Shown here piece by piece: positions 1 to 9,687 of a DNA stretch of 64,000 nucleotides. Position 1 is the stretch's first letter; every line of letters starts with the position of its first letter. This DNA is from Methanobacteriota archaeon (GTDB lineage Archaea > Thermoplasmatota > Poseidoniia > MGIII > CG-Epi1): positions 38,156 to 102,155 of the forward strand of contig NYZZ01000041.1 in NCBI GenBank assembly GCA_002687355.1. Direction: 5' to 3'. Made by a program: the position numbers and the translations under genes. The notes under the pieces are model-generated. The model had not been told where the DNA came from. It ran no database searches and saw nothing but the letters and a program-made list of their open reading frames with translations.

Positions 1-270
1 CAGGTCAACCGAGACTTGCTTCCCTTTCTTTGTCGCGCTGCCGTTGGCCACCCAGCGATCGAGAGATTCTTCTAGTAGTTTCAGGTTTAGAATTGTACTG
101 GCAGAGACGACAGCTGGTGGCCGTGTAAAACCAGAACGGCCCCACACGCGACCCACCCGCTCGTACATCACTCGCTTAGTTTTGTGTGAGCCAGCATTGC
201 CACGCCCGCCGCGCAATCCCGCCCCGCGCCCTTTCTTGTGGCCACGGCCCCGTGTGCGGCCGCTACGCAT
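1..270 (-). CDS. rpl15: 50S ribosomal protein uL15 (3'-truncated by window edge; N-terminal 90 aa present)
   Basis: Manual minus-strand translation from ATG at 270: MRSGRTRGRGHKKGRGAGLRGGRGNAGSHKTKRVMYERVG..., a Gly/Arg-rich uL15 N-terminus. It sits directly downstream of uL30, as in archaeal spc operons. Confidence 0.8.
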   Translation of the reverse strand, partial: MRSGRTRGRGHKKGRGAGLRGGRGNAGSHKTKRVMYERVGRVWGRSGFTRPPAVVSASTILNLKLLEESLDRWVANGSATKKGKQVSVDL

Positions 271-274
271 TGAC

Positions 275-748
275 TTACGCGTCGCCACGTGTCATCCTCC
301 TCAATAGTGTGTTGATGGCATCGCCACGGTAGCCTAGGGCACCGCCTTTGCTAAAAGCACGCTTAACGCCCTCCCAGCCTTTGCGGGGTGGATGCAACCG
401 CAACACCGGTTTCAGGCGAGGGACGTCCCGGAGTCGGGCCTTGCCGGCAGTCACTTTCTTCGCGAATGCCTTTACCGTTGTAAAACCGCCTTCCTTGAGT
501 GCAGTTTTGTCGAGTGGCTTGCGCCCGGCCAGCATTCCAGCATCGTCTAGGAGCAGCTCGGTCGTCTCGGCGTCCGCCTCGCCCCAAGTAACATAATCCT
601 TCACTTGTCGCAGCATCCCGAGATGGGTGGCGTCCTCCGGGACCATCACGCAGTGGTTGACTCGATTGAGTCGCAGCAGTCGCATCGTCTCGCGAATCTT
701 AGGCTTGACATTCACCTCGCCGCGTACGCGGATAACTGCCCAGGTCAT
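275..748 (-). CDS. rpl30: 50S ribosomal protein uL30
   Basis: 157-aa ORF with length and sequence typical of archaeal L30; it occupies the S5/L15 junction of the conserved cluster. Confidence 0.85.
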   Translation of the reverse strand: MTWAVIRVRGEVNVKPKIRETMRLLRLNRVNHCVMVPEDATHLGMLRQVKDYVTWGEADAETTELLLDDAGMLAGRKPLDKTALKEGGFTTVKAFAKKVTAGKARLRDVPRLKPVLRLHPPRKGWEGVKRAFSKGGALGYRGDAINTLLRRMTRGDA

Positions 749-1521
749 TCGGTCGCAGCCCCCAGTAGCATGTTATGTGTCTCTTCCTGACCCGGCAGAA
801 GCTTAGTAGAAGCAGTTAGTTCCAATGCCTTGAACATCGCGCTGGCATAGTTGTAGATAGTCTGTGTTTGCCCCTTGCTGAACGACCAAATGTCTTGGAC
901 GCCTGCCAGTCTGAGCATAATTCTGCCAACGTCGTTAGTTACCAGACCCACGCCGGGCGGCGCCGGTTTGAGCGTTACGCGCGTTGACCCCGTTCGTCCT
1001 GAGACGGCGAATGGCAGTGAGTTTGGCGTCATGGTCGAGCATTCCCAGGAGCCGCTGCCACGTCGGATTTCAATTAGGTTCTGCTTGGCGCGGTCGAGCG
1101 ATTTTTGGATAGTCGGTCGCACTAATTTGCCGGAGACGCGCCCCAAGCCTATGCAACCATTACCGTTGCCGACCATGGTAGTCACGGCGAAGCGCACCCT
1201 GCGTCCAGAATCAGACATGCGCTGCACCATGTGGATATCAATAACTTCTTCTTTAAGGTCGGGCAGTAATATGTCGACGATTTCGGGCTCACGCAGTGGC
1301 AGCCCCGTCGTGAGAGCTTCATGAACAGTAGTAATATCGCCTGCTACAACCCTGCGCCCCAGCTCCGTTTTCGGGCTCCAGACGTCTGCGCGCTCGGAAG
1401 CGGCCTTGCGGCGTTGCTGCGCTGGCGTCAGCCGTGGTCCGCGGTCGCGCGGCGGTCCGCCTCGTTTGGGACCTCCACGCGGTGGAGGCCCCCCCCTCTT
1501 CCTTTCGGGCGGGGGGCTCAT
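745..1521 (-). CDS. rps5: 30S ribosomal protein uS5 with Pro/Gly/Arg-rich N-terminal extension
   Basis: Conserved S5 core (GNGNGCIGLG...). The N-terminus PRGGPKRGGPPRDRGP is low complexity. 4-bp overlaps with flanking genes. Confidence 0.9.
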   Translation of the reverse strand: MSPPPERKRGGPPPRGGPKRGGPPRDRGPRLTPAQQRRKAASERADVWSPKTELGRRVVAGDITTVHEALTTGLPLREPEIVDILLPDLKEEVIDIHMVQRMSDSGRRVRFAVTTMVGNGNGCIGLGRVSGKLVRPTIQKSLDRAKQNLIEIRRGSGSWECSTMTPNSLPFAVSGRTGSTRVTLKPAPPGVGLVTNDVGRIMLRLAGVQDIWSFSKGQTQTIYNYASAMFKALELTASTKLLPGQEETHNMLLGAATE

Positions 1522-2003
1522 GCCTTTACCTCCTGGATAGTAGCCGACAACTTCTCCACTTGCTTGACCGTAGCCTTTGAGATGTGTTCGCCGCGGATAC
1601 GCTCCTCGCCTGGATAAAGAGAATCGGAGTGCGGTACTTCCATACCACCGTCGACCAGTCCTTTCAGGACTGCAAATACACGACCGCCAGGAGTCGGCGT
1701 TACGCGTCCGATGTCAAGGACGGCGTGCGCCTCGCCAGCCGCCTGTGCTTTACGTGCCGCGAGCAGCCCGGTCAGGTAGGCAGCGGGAACGCTTGTGCCC
1801 GAGCCTTTCCATCCCAGACCGGCTAGCTGCTGCGAACTGACCGCGGCGACGACTTGGTCGCCCTCCATCGTGAAACGAGTCAGTTGGATAAGTACCTGTC
1901 GATTGGTAACGCGCACGACCGCGCGCGGCAGCCCCGATTTGAGAAGCGCCAGTCGCTTACGATAATCCGTTGCGCCTTCACGTCGGCGGCGGAACTGCCT
2001 CAC
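1518..2003 (-). CDS. rpl18: 50S ribosomal protein uL18
   Basis: Position between L19e and S5, and L18-like sequence (RRRREGATDYRKRLALLKSG). Confidence 0.85.
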   Translation of the reverse strand: MRQFRRRREGATDYRKRLALLKSGLPRAVVRVTNRQVLIQLTRFTMEGDQVVAAVSSQQLAGLGWKGSGTSVPAAYLTGLLAARKAQAAGEAHAVLDIGRVTPTPGGRVFAVLKGLVDGGMEVPHSDSLYPGEERIRGEHISKATVKQVEKLSATIQEVKA

Positions 2004-2458
2004 TGTTCCACCTCGATACCGTCGGTCTGTATATGGGCGCGCAGATGCGCCCTCGAGTTATACATGCCACCCTTGGCGCGGCGGTAGTAATGGCGATACT
2101 GTGATGCAGTGAGGATACCAGTTCCGCGCAGCTGGCGCAGCTCGTCGCGCAGTGCACGAATGCGCGTCATCCATGCCTCTTTCTTTGGCGTGCGTGCTTT
2201 GCCGTGGCCGCGGCGCGAGCCGTGACCACGCTGCCTTCCCTTGGCGCGCTGCGCGTCACGGTGGCGCGCTCGTCCACGGGAGATGCCCTGTTTTTGGTGC
2301 TTGCGGATGAATTTCTGGACAATCAGCTGGCGCACGTCGTCGCGCGTGACTGCCTCGTCAATGCGCTCCTGATATTCGGGCCGGTCATCGACCCAGACTC
2401 GGTCCAGCCCACACTTGAGCAGCCGCGCCGCGACACGGCGCTGGTAGGCCAGATTCAT
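2000..2458 (-). CDS. rpl19e: 50S ribosomal protein eL19
   Basis: Basic 152-aa protein in the conserved L32e-L19e-L18 order. Confidence 0.85.
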   Translation of the reverse strand: MNLAYQRRVAARLLKCGLDRVWVDDRPEYQERIDEAVTRDDVRQLIVQKFIRKHQKQGISRGRARHRDAQRAKGRQRGHGSRRGHGKARTPKKEAWMTRIRALRDELRQLRGTGILTASQYRHYYRRAKGGMYNSRAHLRAHIQTDGIEVEQ

Positions 2459-2901
2459 TCTTCCTCCTCCTTCTCTGAATCGTCTTCGTAGACGCGGCTG
2501 TTCAGCACGCGGATTTTCAGTTCCGCTGCGCGCGTCTCAATGACCTCACGCTTGCGGTCGCCGACGGTAGCGGCAATTCGTGCCGCCTCGCGCAGAGGAT
2601 CCATTACTTCCAGATCTGCGGGTCGATGCACGACTACATCGGCGAAGCCGGACGGGTGCAGTCCTCGTGCAGCAGCAGGACCGCGGTAGCTGGTCGACGC
2701 CATAGGCGGGCGATATTTGCGGCGAGTGCGCATCTTGCTGTGCATCCCGCGCGGTTTGCGCCATTTTTGGCCGAGCCGCTTGTAGCGGAACCAGTTTTGC
2801 CGCTTGAAGGCCGGGCGTTTGCGGTTGGCAGCGTTGCGCTTTGACAGAGCCTTTTGCATATCATCATCGAGTTGTGGTTTTGCCTTTGGCTTATGCATCA
2901 T
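2455..2901 (-). CDS. rpl32e: 50S ribosomal protein eL32
   Basis: Basic N-terminus, acidic C-terminal tail (EEEE), between L6 and L19e. Confidence 0.8.
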   Translation of the reverse strand: MMHKPKAKPQLDDDMQKALSKRNAANRKRPAFKRQNWFRYKRLGQKWRKPRGMHSKMRTRRKYRPPMASTSYRGPAAARGLHPSGFADVVVHRPADLEVMDPLREAARIAATVGDRKREVIETRAAELKIRVLNSRVYEDDSEKEEEE

Positions 2902-3439
2902 GCATCACTTCCTTCGAGACGAGATAGATGCCGTCCTGGAAGACGCGGATGTCGCGTCCTTTAACGATAGTAGCGCGCTCCAGATTGGCTGCAGTCTGGC
3001 CAACTCCTTCGCGGTCGTTGCCTTCAATGGTAACAGAGCTGCCCTTAGCGATTACTTTGGTGTCACCAACGACGGTAGCGTGACGACTCGCCTTCTCCCC
3101 TAGAAAATTATCAATAACGACGTAGTCATTTTTGACGGAAATTTTCATTGGGAAGTGCGCGAAGACCACCTTCATTTGATAGCGGAAACCAAACGCAACG
3201 CCGTTGACCATGTTAGCCAGATGCGCGCGCCACGTTCCGAGCAATGCCTTCTGCCGCTTCCGCAGCTTCTTCCCCGAAACGATTATTGCACTATCACCCG
3301 ACTGGACTCCAAGTTGCGGATGGCTGAAGCTGCGTTCCAGTTGTCCGCGTGGTCCCTCGACCACTAGCGTCTCCCCATCGTAGCTGGCGCTGACGCCCTC
3401 TGGCAGCGGGATAGTATGCGTCAGCTCTTCAATAAGCAT
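2891..3439 (-). CDS. rpl6: 50S ribosomal protein uL6
   Basis: 182 aa, L6-like sequence, in the conserved S8-L6-L32e order. Confidence 0.85.
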   Translation of the reverse strand: MLIEELTHTIPLPEGVSASYDGETLVVEGPRGQLERSFSHPQLGVQSGDSAIIVSGKKLRKRQKALLGTWRAHLANMVNGVAFGFRYQMKVVFAHFPMKISVKNDYVVIDNFLGEKASRHATVVGDTKVIAKGSSVTIEGNDREGVGQTAANLERATIVKGRDIRVFQDGIYLVSKEVMHDA

Positions 3440-3815
3440 ATGCGAGTAGCCTCCCTCCGGTGTGGCCAGCCTTAGCTTGGTCGTTGTTGATGATGCCCTG
3501 TGGTGTTGTGAGAATCAGGATGCCGAAATCTTTGGCCGGCAGGTAGCGCGCCTCGTGGCGGTCCATCTCGCTCACTTTGACCGAGAATCGGGGTCGGATT
3601 GCCCCGCAGCCGTTGATGCGGCCGTTAAGCTGCACACGAAACTCTCCGCCGCGACCGTTTTCCTGCCGTTCGAAACCGTTGATATATCCTCTCTCCTGTA
3701 ATAGCTGTAGCACTTCGCCAATCAGGCGTGACGCTGGAACGCGCGCGCCAACCTTGCCGATACGGTCGGCGTTCTTGATTGTCACTAGAGCATCGGACAA
3801 CGGATCGTGTCTCAT
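3429..3815 (-). CDS. rps8: 30S ribosomal protein uS8
   Basis: S8-like sequence. Start set at the internal Met ([16 protein letters not shown]) that abuts the S14 stop; the ORF is open to 3860. Confidence 0.8.
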   Translation of the reverse strand: MRHDPLSDALVTIKNADRIGKVGARVPASRLIGEVLQLLQERGYINGFERQENGRGGEFRVQLNGRINGCGAIRPRFSVKVSEMDRHEARYLPAKDFGILILTTPQGIINNDQAKAGHTGGRLLAYAY

Positions 3816-3967
3816 GAGTATTTCTTGAACCCCAGAATAGTTGCTTTGTCTCGGAAGCATTGGCGGCAGATATGCAGTTTGTAGCGCCGCACGATGCCGC
3901 GCTTGCGTCCGCAGCGGCGGCAGCCTTCAATGCGCCCGCGGAACACCTTGCGCTCCTTGGTCTTCAT
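3812..3967 (-). CDS. rps14: 30S ribosomal protein uS14 (type Z, zinc-binding)
   Basis: CRRCGRK...CRQC zinc-ribbon S14 signature. Start set at MKTKERKVF, abutting the L5 stop; the ORF is open to 4012. Confidence 0.8.
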   Translation of the reverse strand: MKTKERKVFRGRIEGCRRCGRKRGIVRRYKLHICRQCFRDKATILGFKKYS

Positions 3968-4473
3968 GCGACAACCTCTAGTTTGAAGTTCTGGCGCATG
4001 TATTCTTGACATTCCTCACGGGTGAGTCGATGGCGCGCGCCAACCTTGCGGCTGGCCACTTTGCGCCGCGCGACGCGGTAGCCGCGGCGCTCGAAAGCCA
4101 CAGCAACGTCCAACCCGAAGATGCCAATATCAGGATCATATTTTTCATCGGCAAAGCCGGTATAATCAGGAATGCCAAAGTTCAGTCCACCAGTGGCGGA
4201 GAAGCAGTAGGCGGGGAGCCGGCTCTCACGCACCCAGAGAGCATTCTTCAGGACGCGGCGCGCATTCTCACCGCGCAACGTCACTTTGCAGCCGATAGGC
4301 ATTCCCTTGCGCAGCCCCAGATCACGATTGGTCGTACGAGAGAGCGTGCGCACTGGCTGGCAGCCGGTCAGCTTTTGCAGCACCGTTTCCGCATTAGAGA
4401 GCCGGTCGCCCGCCTCGCCAACACCAATGTTCAGGACGACCTTGGCAATCCGTAGCTCGCGCATCGTGTTCAT
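3964..4473 (-). CDS. rpl5: 50S ribosomal protein uL5
   Basis: 169 aa, L5-like, in the conserved S4e-L5-S14 order. Confidence 0.9.
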   Translation of the reverse strand: MNTMRELRIAKVVLNIGVGEAGDRLSNAETVLQKLTGCQPVRTLSRTTNRDLGLRKGMPIGCKVTLRGENARRVLKNALWVRESRLPAYCFSATGGLNFGIPDYTGFADEKYDPDIGIFGLDVAVAFERRGYRVARRKVASRKVGARHRLTREECQEYMRQNFKLEVVA

Positions 4474-5165
4474 ACCGCCACCTCTTCTACCAGCGCTTTT
4501 TTAGCACCAACGACGAACGCGTACTGTTTCAGCGTCTCAAACTCCGCGAAGCGAACGACGTTGGGTCGCGGGCTCCGCGTCTCCACCGCCTCTTCCAGCA
4601 ACGCAATTGTGCCGACGTGCGCCCCACCAGTCACCAGCGCCGGAGCACCTTTGCTGAACTTGAGTATTTTCTTCACATTGAGTCCCGGCAATGCCAGCTG
4701 TAGCACGTCGCCCGTGTTCACTTCCTTGTCAGAGAGCAGGTTGCTGCCGTCATGCAGGTTGAGTTGCGTCTTCCCACCACGCAGTGTTGTCTTGCCTTCG
4801 ATGCGCAGTAATTTCCATTTCGCCGCGACACCCTTGATTTCAGAGAAGTGCAGCCGGCCGTGATGATCGAGTAGACAACGGAAATTGGCCTTGATAGCAG
4901 GAAGTGAGATTACATCCATTAGCCCTATCCCTCGTTTTGGGTCGCGCACGACGCGCTGGTCGAGTAGTACGTCGCCGTTACCTAGAATGCGGCGTGCTTC
5001 TCGCGCAGTATCACAGACATGCAGGTAGTCGCGTAGCACCATCGCCAGTGGGACGCTGCCCTCGAGTGAGTGCGGTCCTGGCTTCGGCTTAGTAGCCCAG
5101 AAATGTGCCTTGCGACCGACGTTCCACGAACGCGGGACAGTGATGCGTTTTAGGTGATCGCTCAC
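4470..5165 (-). CDS. rps4e: 30S ribosomal protein eS4
   Basis: 231 aa, S4e-like (KRITVPRSW...), conserved position. Confidence 0.9.
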   Translation of the reverse strand: MSDHLKRITVPRSWNVGRKAHFWATKPKPGPHSLEGSVPLAMVLRDYLHVCDTAREARRILGNGDVLLDQRVVRDPKRGIGLMDVISLPAIKANFRCLLDHHGRLHFSEIKGVAAKWKLLRIEGKTTLRGGKTQLNLHDGSNLLSDKEVNTGDVLQLALPGLNVKKILKFSKGAPALVTGGAHVGTIALLEEAVETRSPRPNVVRFAEFETLKQYAFVVGAKKALVEEVAV

Positions 5166-5788
5166 TCGCTTTCCTCCAGCCGCGCTACCAACTCTGCTTT
5201 TTTGCCCGAAATCGGCAGGCCGCGCTCCTTCAATTCCCCCTTCAGCTCGGAGACGGTGAGTGCACTCCAGTCGCGCACATCATCCTTGCCAGAATCGCCC
5301 TCCGTGTCGGCTTCTGCATCAACTTCGCGTGGGTCGACGCCGGTAACTTCGGCTTCGTACTCATCTTCGGCAGCTTCCAATTCGGCCACAGTTTCATCAG
5401 TCCACTCGACTCCTTCGTTTGCACGGTCTAGAATGCGCCTGCGGCGTACGTCAGACCAGTCAGGGTTGATGACTACTAGGTTGGACGGATCAATCGGCCG
5501 TTGTAGTTCAGTCCCATCAGACTTGTGATAGGTAAAGCCGTCGACGTAAATCTTGCGCGCACGACGATCTACCTGCGAGATGCGGTGCCCCTCACTACCA
5601 CGCCCCTCGCCGCGCACAATAAGCACACGATCGCCGGTCCGCACCGGAATCGAACGGGGATAGATGTAGCCGCGCTCTTCCTGCCGGCGGCGCAGCCCCC
5701 GGTCTAGCGGGGCCGCCATTTCGCGGTGCCGCCGGTGGAGCGGCGCCGTGTGGCGGGCGAGTCTCTGTTTGCGCGGTTGTTTACTCAT
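5162..5788 (-). CDS. rpl24: 50S ribosomal protein uL24 fused to a C-terminal acidic linker and a SAP motif
   Basis: Canonical L24 start [20 protein letters not shown] and a KOW region. This is followed by an acidic ~70-aa linker and a terminal [30 protein letters not shown], which is a perfect SAP consensus. Start chosen at the Met abutting the L14 stop. Confidence 0.85.
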   Translation of the reverse strand: MSKQPRKQRLARHTAPLHRRHREMAAPLDRGLRRRQEERGYIYPRSIPVRTGDRVLIVRGEGRGSEGHRISQVDRRARKIYVDGFTYHKSDGTELQRPIDPSNLVVINPDWSDVRRRRILDRANEGVEWTDETVAELEAAEDEYEAEVTGVDPREVDAEADTEGDSGKDDVRDWSALTVSELKGELKERGLPISGKKAELVARLEESE

Positions 5789-6183
5789 ACTATTGTGGAT
5801 GCCGTAGCGGCAATGCGCGGCCATCTCTCGGCCGCCTCGCGGGCGACGGGTCCCTTGATTCCGGAGCCCCGTGTCTCGCCTAACTCGTTGGTCAGCACGA
5901 CGGCGTTATCTTCGAATTTCACCATAGTCCCGTCAGCGCGACGGTGTGGTCGCCGACTACGCACAATGACTGCGCGTACCAGCTGTCGCCGCATTTCGGG
6001 CGTGCCCTTCTTGACCGATGCGATGACCATATCTCCGACGCCAGCAGCAGGTGACCGGCGGTGAACGCCCTTGTAGTTCAGGACCGTCACAATTTCGACC
6101 ACCTTGGCGCCGCTATTGTCGACGCATTCAATCCGCGCTCCCTGCGGAAGTCCGCGCATCTGCCGACCGGCGACAGCCCTCAT
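5785..6183 (-). CDS. rpl14: 50S ribosomal protein uL14
   Basis: L14 core ([10 protein letters not shown]...). Start set at MRAVAG, abutting the S17 stop; the ORF is open to 6237. Confidence 0.85.
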   Translation of the reverse strand: MRAVAGRQMRGLPQGARIECVDNSGAKVVEIVTVLNYKGVHRRSPAAGVGDMVIASVKKGTPEMRRQLVRAVIVRSRRPHRRADGTMVKFEDNAVVLTNELGETRGSGIKGPVAREAAERWPRIAATASTIV

Positions 6184-6521
6184 GCCCCCCTCCGTTCGAT
6201 AATTACGAATGACTTGGTTTTTGAGAGTGGGCGACACTCCATGATTGTAACGTTGTCGCCCTCCCGCGCGCCGACGCTTGCCGGCGAATGCGCCTGGATA
6301 CGCGACGAACGGCGCTGATAGCGCTCGTATTTTGAATCATATTTCATGCGTTCAATTTTGACCACTGCAGTGCGTTGCGCCCGGGCACGGACGACAATAC
6401 CCTGTAACAGCTGCCCTCGCACGGGGAGCGAACCATAGAACGGGTCGTGGGGGTCACCGTCCCATTTGTGTGCGGGTGGCTGCACCTCAACACCAATATC
6501 CCGAGGTTTTGTCACGCGCAC
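6180..6521 (-). CDS. rps17: 30S ribosomal protein uS17
   Basis: 113 aa, S17-like, in the conserved position. Confidence 0.85.
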   Translation of the reverse strand: MRVTKPRDIGVEVQPPAHKWDGDPHDPFYGSLPVRGQLLQGIVVRARAQRTAVVKIERMKYDSKYERYQRRSSRIQAHSPASVGAREGDNVTIMECRPLSKTKSFVIIERRGA

Positions 6522-6754
6522 CTCCGGGTGCGGTCCTGTGCCCGGAATGCAATCCGGTCGCCCACAACGTTTTTGCCGTCAAAGCTGAAGTTGCCGTTGC
6601 GCTTAGTGACGCGCTTCCGGCCGCTTTCAGTCTCAATAAAAAGTGTCTCACGCGTCTCATCGACAATTTTTCCCGCAATGCCACGCAGAGACGGGTCGCT
6701 GTGCTCTGCAACGATAACACGCTGACCAATGAATTCCTGTTGCGCTAGGCTCAT
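6512..6754 (-). CDS. rnp1: RNase P protein component 1 (Rpp29/Pop4 homologue)
   Basis: FIGQRVIVAEHSDPSLRGIAGKIVDETRETLFIETESGRK matches the archaeal Rnp1 core. Canonical location between SUI1 and S17. Confidence 0.8.
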   Translation of the reverse strand: MSLAQQEFIGQRVIVAEHSDPSLRGIAGKIVDETRETLFIETESGRKRVTKRNGNFSFDGKNVVGDRIAFRAQDRTRRCA

Positions 6755-7047
6755 GCATCACCTACTGGGAAGCCCATATCCCCCAGAATAATCTTCACCT
6801 TACGGGTGTGGTTTCCCTGTAGTTCGATGGCGCCATCTTTGTAAGTGCCGCCGGTGGCGCATTTTGTCTTGAGCGCCTTGAGCAGGTCGGGAATGTCTAT
6901 ATCACTGTCAAGTCCCTCGAGTACGGTCATTAGCTTGCCGTAGCGCCGCTTCTCTATGCGCACACGGATTTCTTGTTGTTCGCGCGCGATGTCCTCGCAG
7001 ACGCAGATTTCGATCGGCAGTGCGCAGGTGGAGCAGATGTCAGCCAT
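6751..7047 (-). CDS. translation initiation factor SUI1/eIF1 family protein
   Basis: 98 aa with an N-terminal CxxC...CxC and a SUI1 core (KLMTVLEGL...GGTYKDGAIELQG). Confidence 0.85.
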   Translation of the reverse strand: MADICSTCALPIEICVCEDIAREQQEIRVRIEKRRYGKLMTVLEGLDSDIDIPDLLKALKTKCATGGTYKDGAIELQGNHTRKVKIILGDMGFPVGDA

Positions 7048-7246
7048 ACTGTTCTCCTAGTTCGCGCATAATCGTCTGTAGTCGCGCTACCTGCCTGCGT
7101 AGCGAGCGCATCTTGCCCGGCGACGCTGGCTGACCCCCCATCGATGCGATGCCCCGCTCGTGCATCAACTCACTGCGCAGCTCACCCAGACGGGCAATCC
7201 GTTCTTCCGGTGCCAGCTCGCGCAGGGCATTTGCCTTAGGGCTCAT
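7040..7246 (-). CDS. rpl29: 50S ribosomal protein uL29
   Basis: 68 aa helical protein at the S3/SUI1 junction. Confidence 0.8.
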   Translation of the reverse strand: MSPKANALRELAPEERIARLGELRSELMHERGIASMGGQPASPGKMRSLRRQVARLQTIMRELGEQYG

Positions 7247-8079
7247 TTAGAATCCTCCACCTTAGCTTCGGGCTGGGTCACTTCTTTGGGCGCTTCAGCC
7301 GCGTCCACCGTTTTGCCCTTAGCCGATGTTTTTGCAGCCCCTTCACTCGCATCAGCATCCGGCTTCACCTCTTCCTCAGGAATGGATTTTGCCACGCTCG
7401 CCTGCTTATCATTAGCGGGAGCAGTTTCCTCCTCCTCCGTGACAGCATCTCCTTCTTCATTTGCGGATGGCTGCTCCACGACGGCCGGCGCGACGTCGAT
7501 TTCGTCGGGCAGTTTGGCGTCGGGCGGCATGATGACAACCTTGACGCCGATAGTACCTGGCTTCAGCTTGGCTTGCGAGTATCCGACCTGCATTAGCTGC
7601 AGCGCGGGCTCGCCGCAATGCTTGATGTGACCCTCGATGAACTTCTCAGTGCGGTGGCGCAACCCAGTTAGCTTGCCTGCAATCGTAATTTGGCAGCCTC
7701 GCGCACCGGCCCCCATGATGCGCTGTAGCATTGAGTTGCCAGCGCGGCGGTAGTTCCAGCCCCGCTCCAGTGCATTAGTGACCTTGGACGCCATTACATC
7801 GGGATTAAGCGCCCAGTTTTCGACGTCGCCCGCCTCGACTTGCAGGTTCTCGTAGCCGAAAGTGCGTTCCAGTTCTTCAGTCAGGCGATTGATGTCGGCG
7901 CCCTTGCGGCCGATGACGATGCCGGGCCGCTCGGCCAAGATGCGCACGTGCGTCCCAAGCGGGGTGCGCTGGATACTCAGTCCGCCGAAGCCAGCGCGGT
8001 CGACCTCCTTGCGGACGAACTCGTGGACTAGCATACGACGTACGCGTTCCTCAACCATCTCGCGCGCTATGGTCGTCAC
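7243..8079 (-). CDS. rps3: 30S ribosomal protein uS3 with acidic low-complexity C-terminal tail
   Basis: KH/S3 core, followed by an ~80-aa Glu/Ala/Lys-rich tail. Confidence 0.9.
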   Translation of the reverse strand: MTTIAREMVEERVRRMLVHEFVRKEVDRAGFGGLSIQRTPLGTHVRILAERPGIVIGRKGADINRLTEELERTFGYENLQVEAGDVENWALNPDVMASKVTNALERGWNYRRAGNSMLQRIMGAGARGCQITIAGKLTGLRHRTEKFIEGHIKHCGEPALQLMQVGYSQAKLKPGTIGVKVVIMPPDAKLPDEIDVAPAVVEQPSANEEGDAVTEEEETAPANDKQASVAKSIPEEEVKPDADASEGAAKTSAKGKTVDAAEAPKEVTQPEAKVEDSK

Positions 8080-8528
8080 TCGATGCCCTCCAGCACTACT
8101 TCAACGTTGGAAGTCTCACGCATCTTGGGCGTAGCGCGGCCGCGAGCGCGAGGGAAACGGGCTTCGAAAGCCGGTCCACGCGAAGTGGCGACATGCACGA
8201 TGCGCCACTCATCAATGTCAAGGTGCATTGTCTCACCGTTGCTCTGCGCCGACTCGATGACTTTTAGGATGGCGGCGGCCGCCTTACGCGGGTAGCGCCC
8301 TGCAGCGCGGCCCTTGCCTTTGCGGTGCCCCACCTTACCGGCGTGTCGCGTGAACGGCACTGGTTCTCGCATCTCGATTACGCGTCCCAAATAGCCCCGG
8401 GCGCGTTCAAGCTCCATCCCGCGAATAGCACGACAGATTTCGCGCGCGTGTCGGGGGGAGATTGACATATCCTTCCCGCGCGCGGCGGCGTGGATTTCTG
8501 GATCGTAGGGGAACGAGTAGCCTTTCAT
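8076..8528 (-). CDS. rpl22: 50S ribosomal protein uL22
   Basis: 150 aa, L22-like, in the conserved order. Confidence 0.9.
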   Translation of the reverse strand: MKGYSFPYDPEIHAAARGKDMSISPRHAREICRAIRGMELERARGYLGRVIEMREPVPFTRHAGKVGHRKGKGRAAGRYPRKAAAAILKVIESAQSNGETMHLDIDEWRIVHVATSRGPAFEARFPRARGRATPKMRETSNVEVVLEGIE

Positions 8529-8989
8529 TTGAGCGGCATGAACTTGGATGAACGGGTCGCCCCAACGCCGGGTCCCGTATGTGTCGGTGGCTTGCGCGTC
8601 TGCGCAAACTCGCCGAAGTAGTGGCCTACCATTTCCGGTTGCACTTCCACCTCAATGAATGCGTGTCCGTCGTAGATAGCAAACTTGCGGCCGATGAACT
8701 GGGGAATTACAATCATTTCGCGACGATGGGTTCGGATTATAGAATCGGGATTTGCCTTGGCATCTTGAATTATCTTCGCCTGTTCATGCGTCAATCCACG
8801 GCGAAATGTGCGGCGCTGGCGCGATGGCACCAAATCCAGGAACTCCTCCAGCGAGAGTGCTTTGAGCTCGTCAACGGTCAGCCCTCGGTAGGTAAATTCC
8901 TTCTTGCGACGTACCTGTACGCCTGCGCGCCGCTTGCGCTCGCGCCTCCGCGCGGCCTTTGGTGTTGCCGATTTGCGCTGGCGGGCCAT
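8525..8989 (-). CDS. rps19: 30S ribosomal protein uS19
   Basis: S19 core (GRKFAIYDGHAFIEVEV..GHYFGEFA) with a basic N-terminal extension. Confidence 0.9.
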   Translation of the reverse strand: MARQRKSATPKAARRRERKRRAGVQVRRKKEFTYRGLTVDELKALSLEEFLDLVPSRQRRTFRRGLTHEQAKIIQDAKANPDSIIRTHRREMIVIPQFIGRKFAIYDGHAFIEVEVQPEMVGHYFGEFAQTRKPPTHTGPGVGATRSSKFMPLK

Positions 8990-9687
8990 TAGCGCTTCGC
9001 CCCCGTACGCTTGGGTGCGATGTGACCAACCTTTCGTCCGGGCGGCGTGTTGCGCGAGACCGAAGACGGGATGCCGATGGTCTGCTTGCGGCCAGAGCCG
9101 TGCGGGTGGTCAACCGCGTTCATCGCCACACCGCGGACCTTGGGCCAGATGCGGGCGCGCGAGCGGTTGCGGTGGAAATTTTTACCAGCCTTGCCAATCG
9201 GCTTCTCGCCGCGGCCCGAGCCGGCGACCGCACCAATCGTGGCACGACACATGTTATCGAGCGTTTTGTGCTTGCGCGACGGGAGTCGCACAGTCGTCTG
9301 CTTGCCGTGCGAGACGACAATTGCGCGCTGGCCCGCAGCGCGCGCCAGTCGCCCGCCGTCGCCCGGCTGTAGCTCGACGTTGTAGACGCGTGTCCCTTCG
9401 GGGATTGAGCCAATATAGACGGTGTTACCATGCGCGACTTCAGCGCCGTGACCTGCCGTTACAGACTGCCCCACGCGCATGCCATCATGCGCTAACATCA
9501 CGTATTCACCATCACTATCGCGCACCTGTGCTATGGGGGCAGAGCGCCCCGGGTCGTGCAGCAGTTTCTCGACCACACCGCTCGATTCCTTCGAGCGCGG
9601 GTGGCGTACCTTGCCCTTGAAGCGGTGGTCAGCCGCACGATAGCGGTAACCTCGCCCGCGTCGTCGGTTCATGACGCGTTTGCCCAT
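8989..9687 (-). CDS. rpl2: 50S ribosomal protein uL2
   Basis: 232 aa, L2 signature (GSIPEGTRVYNVELQPGDGG). Confidence 0.9.
   Translation of the reverse strand: MGKRVMNRRRGRGYRYRAADHRFKGKVRHPRSKESSGVVEKLLHDPGRSAPIAQVRDSDGEYVMLAHDGMRVGQSVTAGHGAEVAHGNTVYIGSIPEGTRVYNVELQPGDGGRLARAAGQRAIVVSHGKQTTVRLPSRKHKTLDNMCRATIGAVAGSGRGEKPIGKAGKNFHRNRSRARIWPKVRGVAMNAVDHPHGSGRKQTIGIPSSVSRNTPPGRKVGHIAPKRTGAKR

Noticed and set aside
44-307. 87-aa plus-strand ORF at the window start
   Set aside because: Antisense to the uL15 N-terminal coding region and the uL30 3' end; Arg/Pro-rich artefact.
8904-9620. 238-aa plus-strand ORF (Arg/Ala/Cys-rich) antisense to uL2
   Set aside because: It lies entirely inside a highly conserved ribosomal gene on the other strand. 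Its composition is typical of GC-rich antisense frames, and it has no recognisable motifs.
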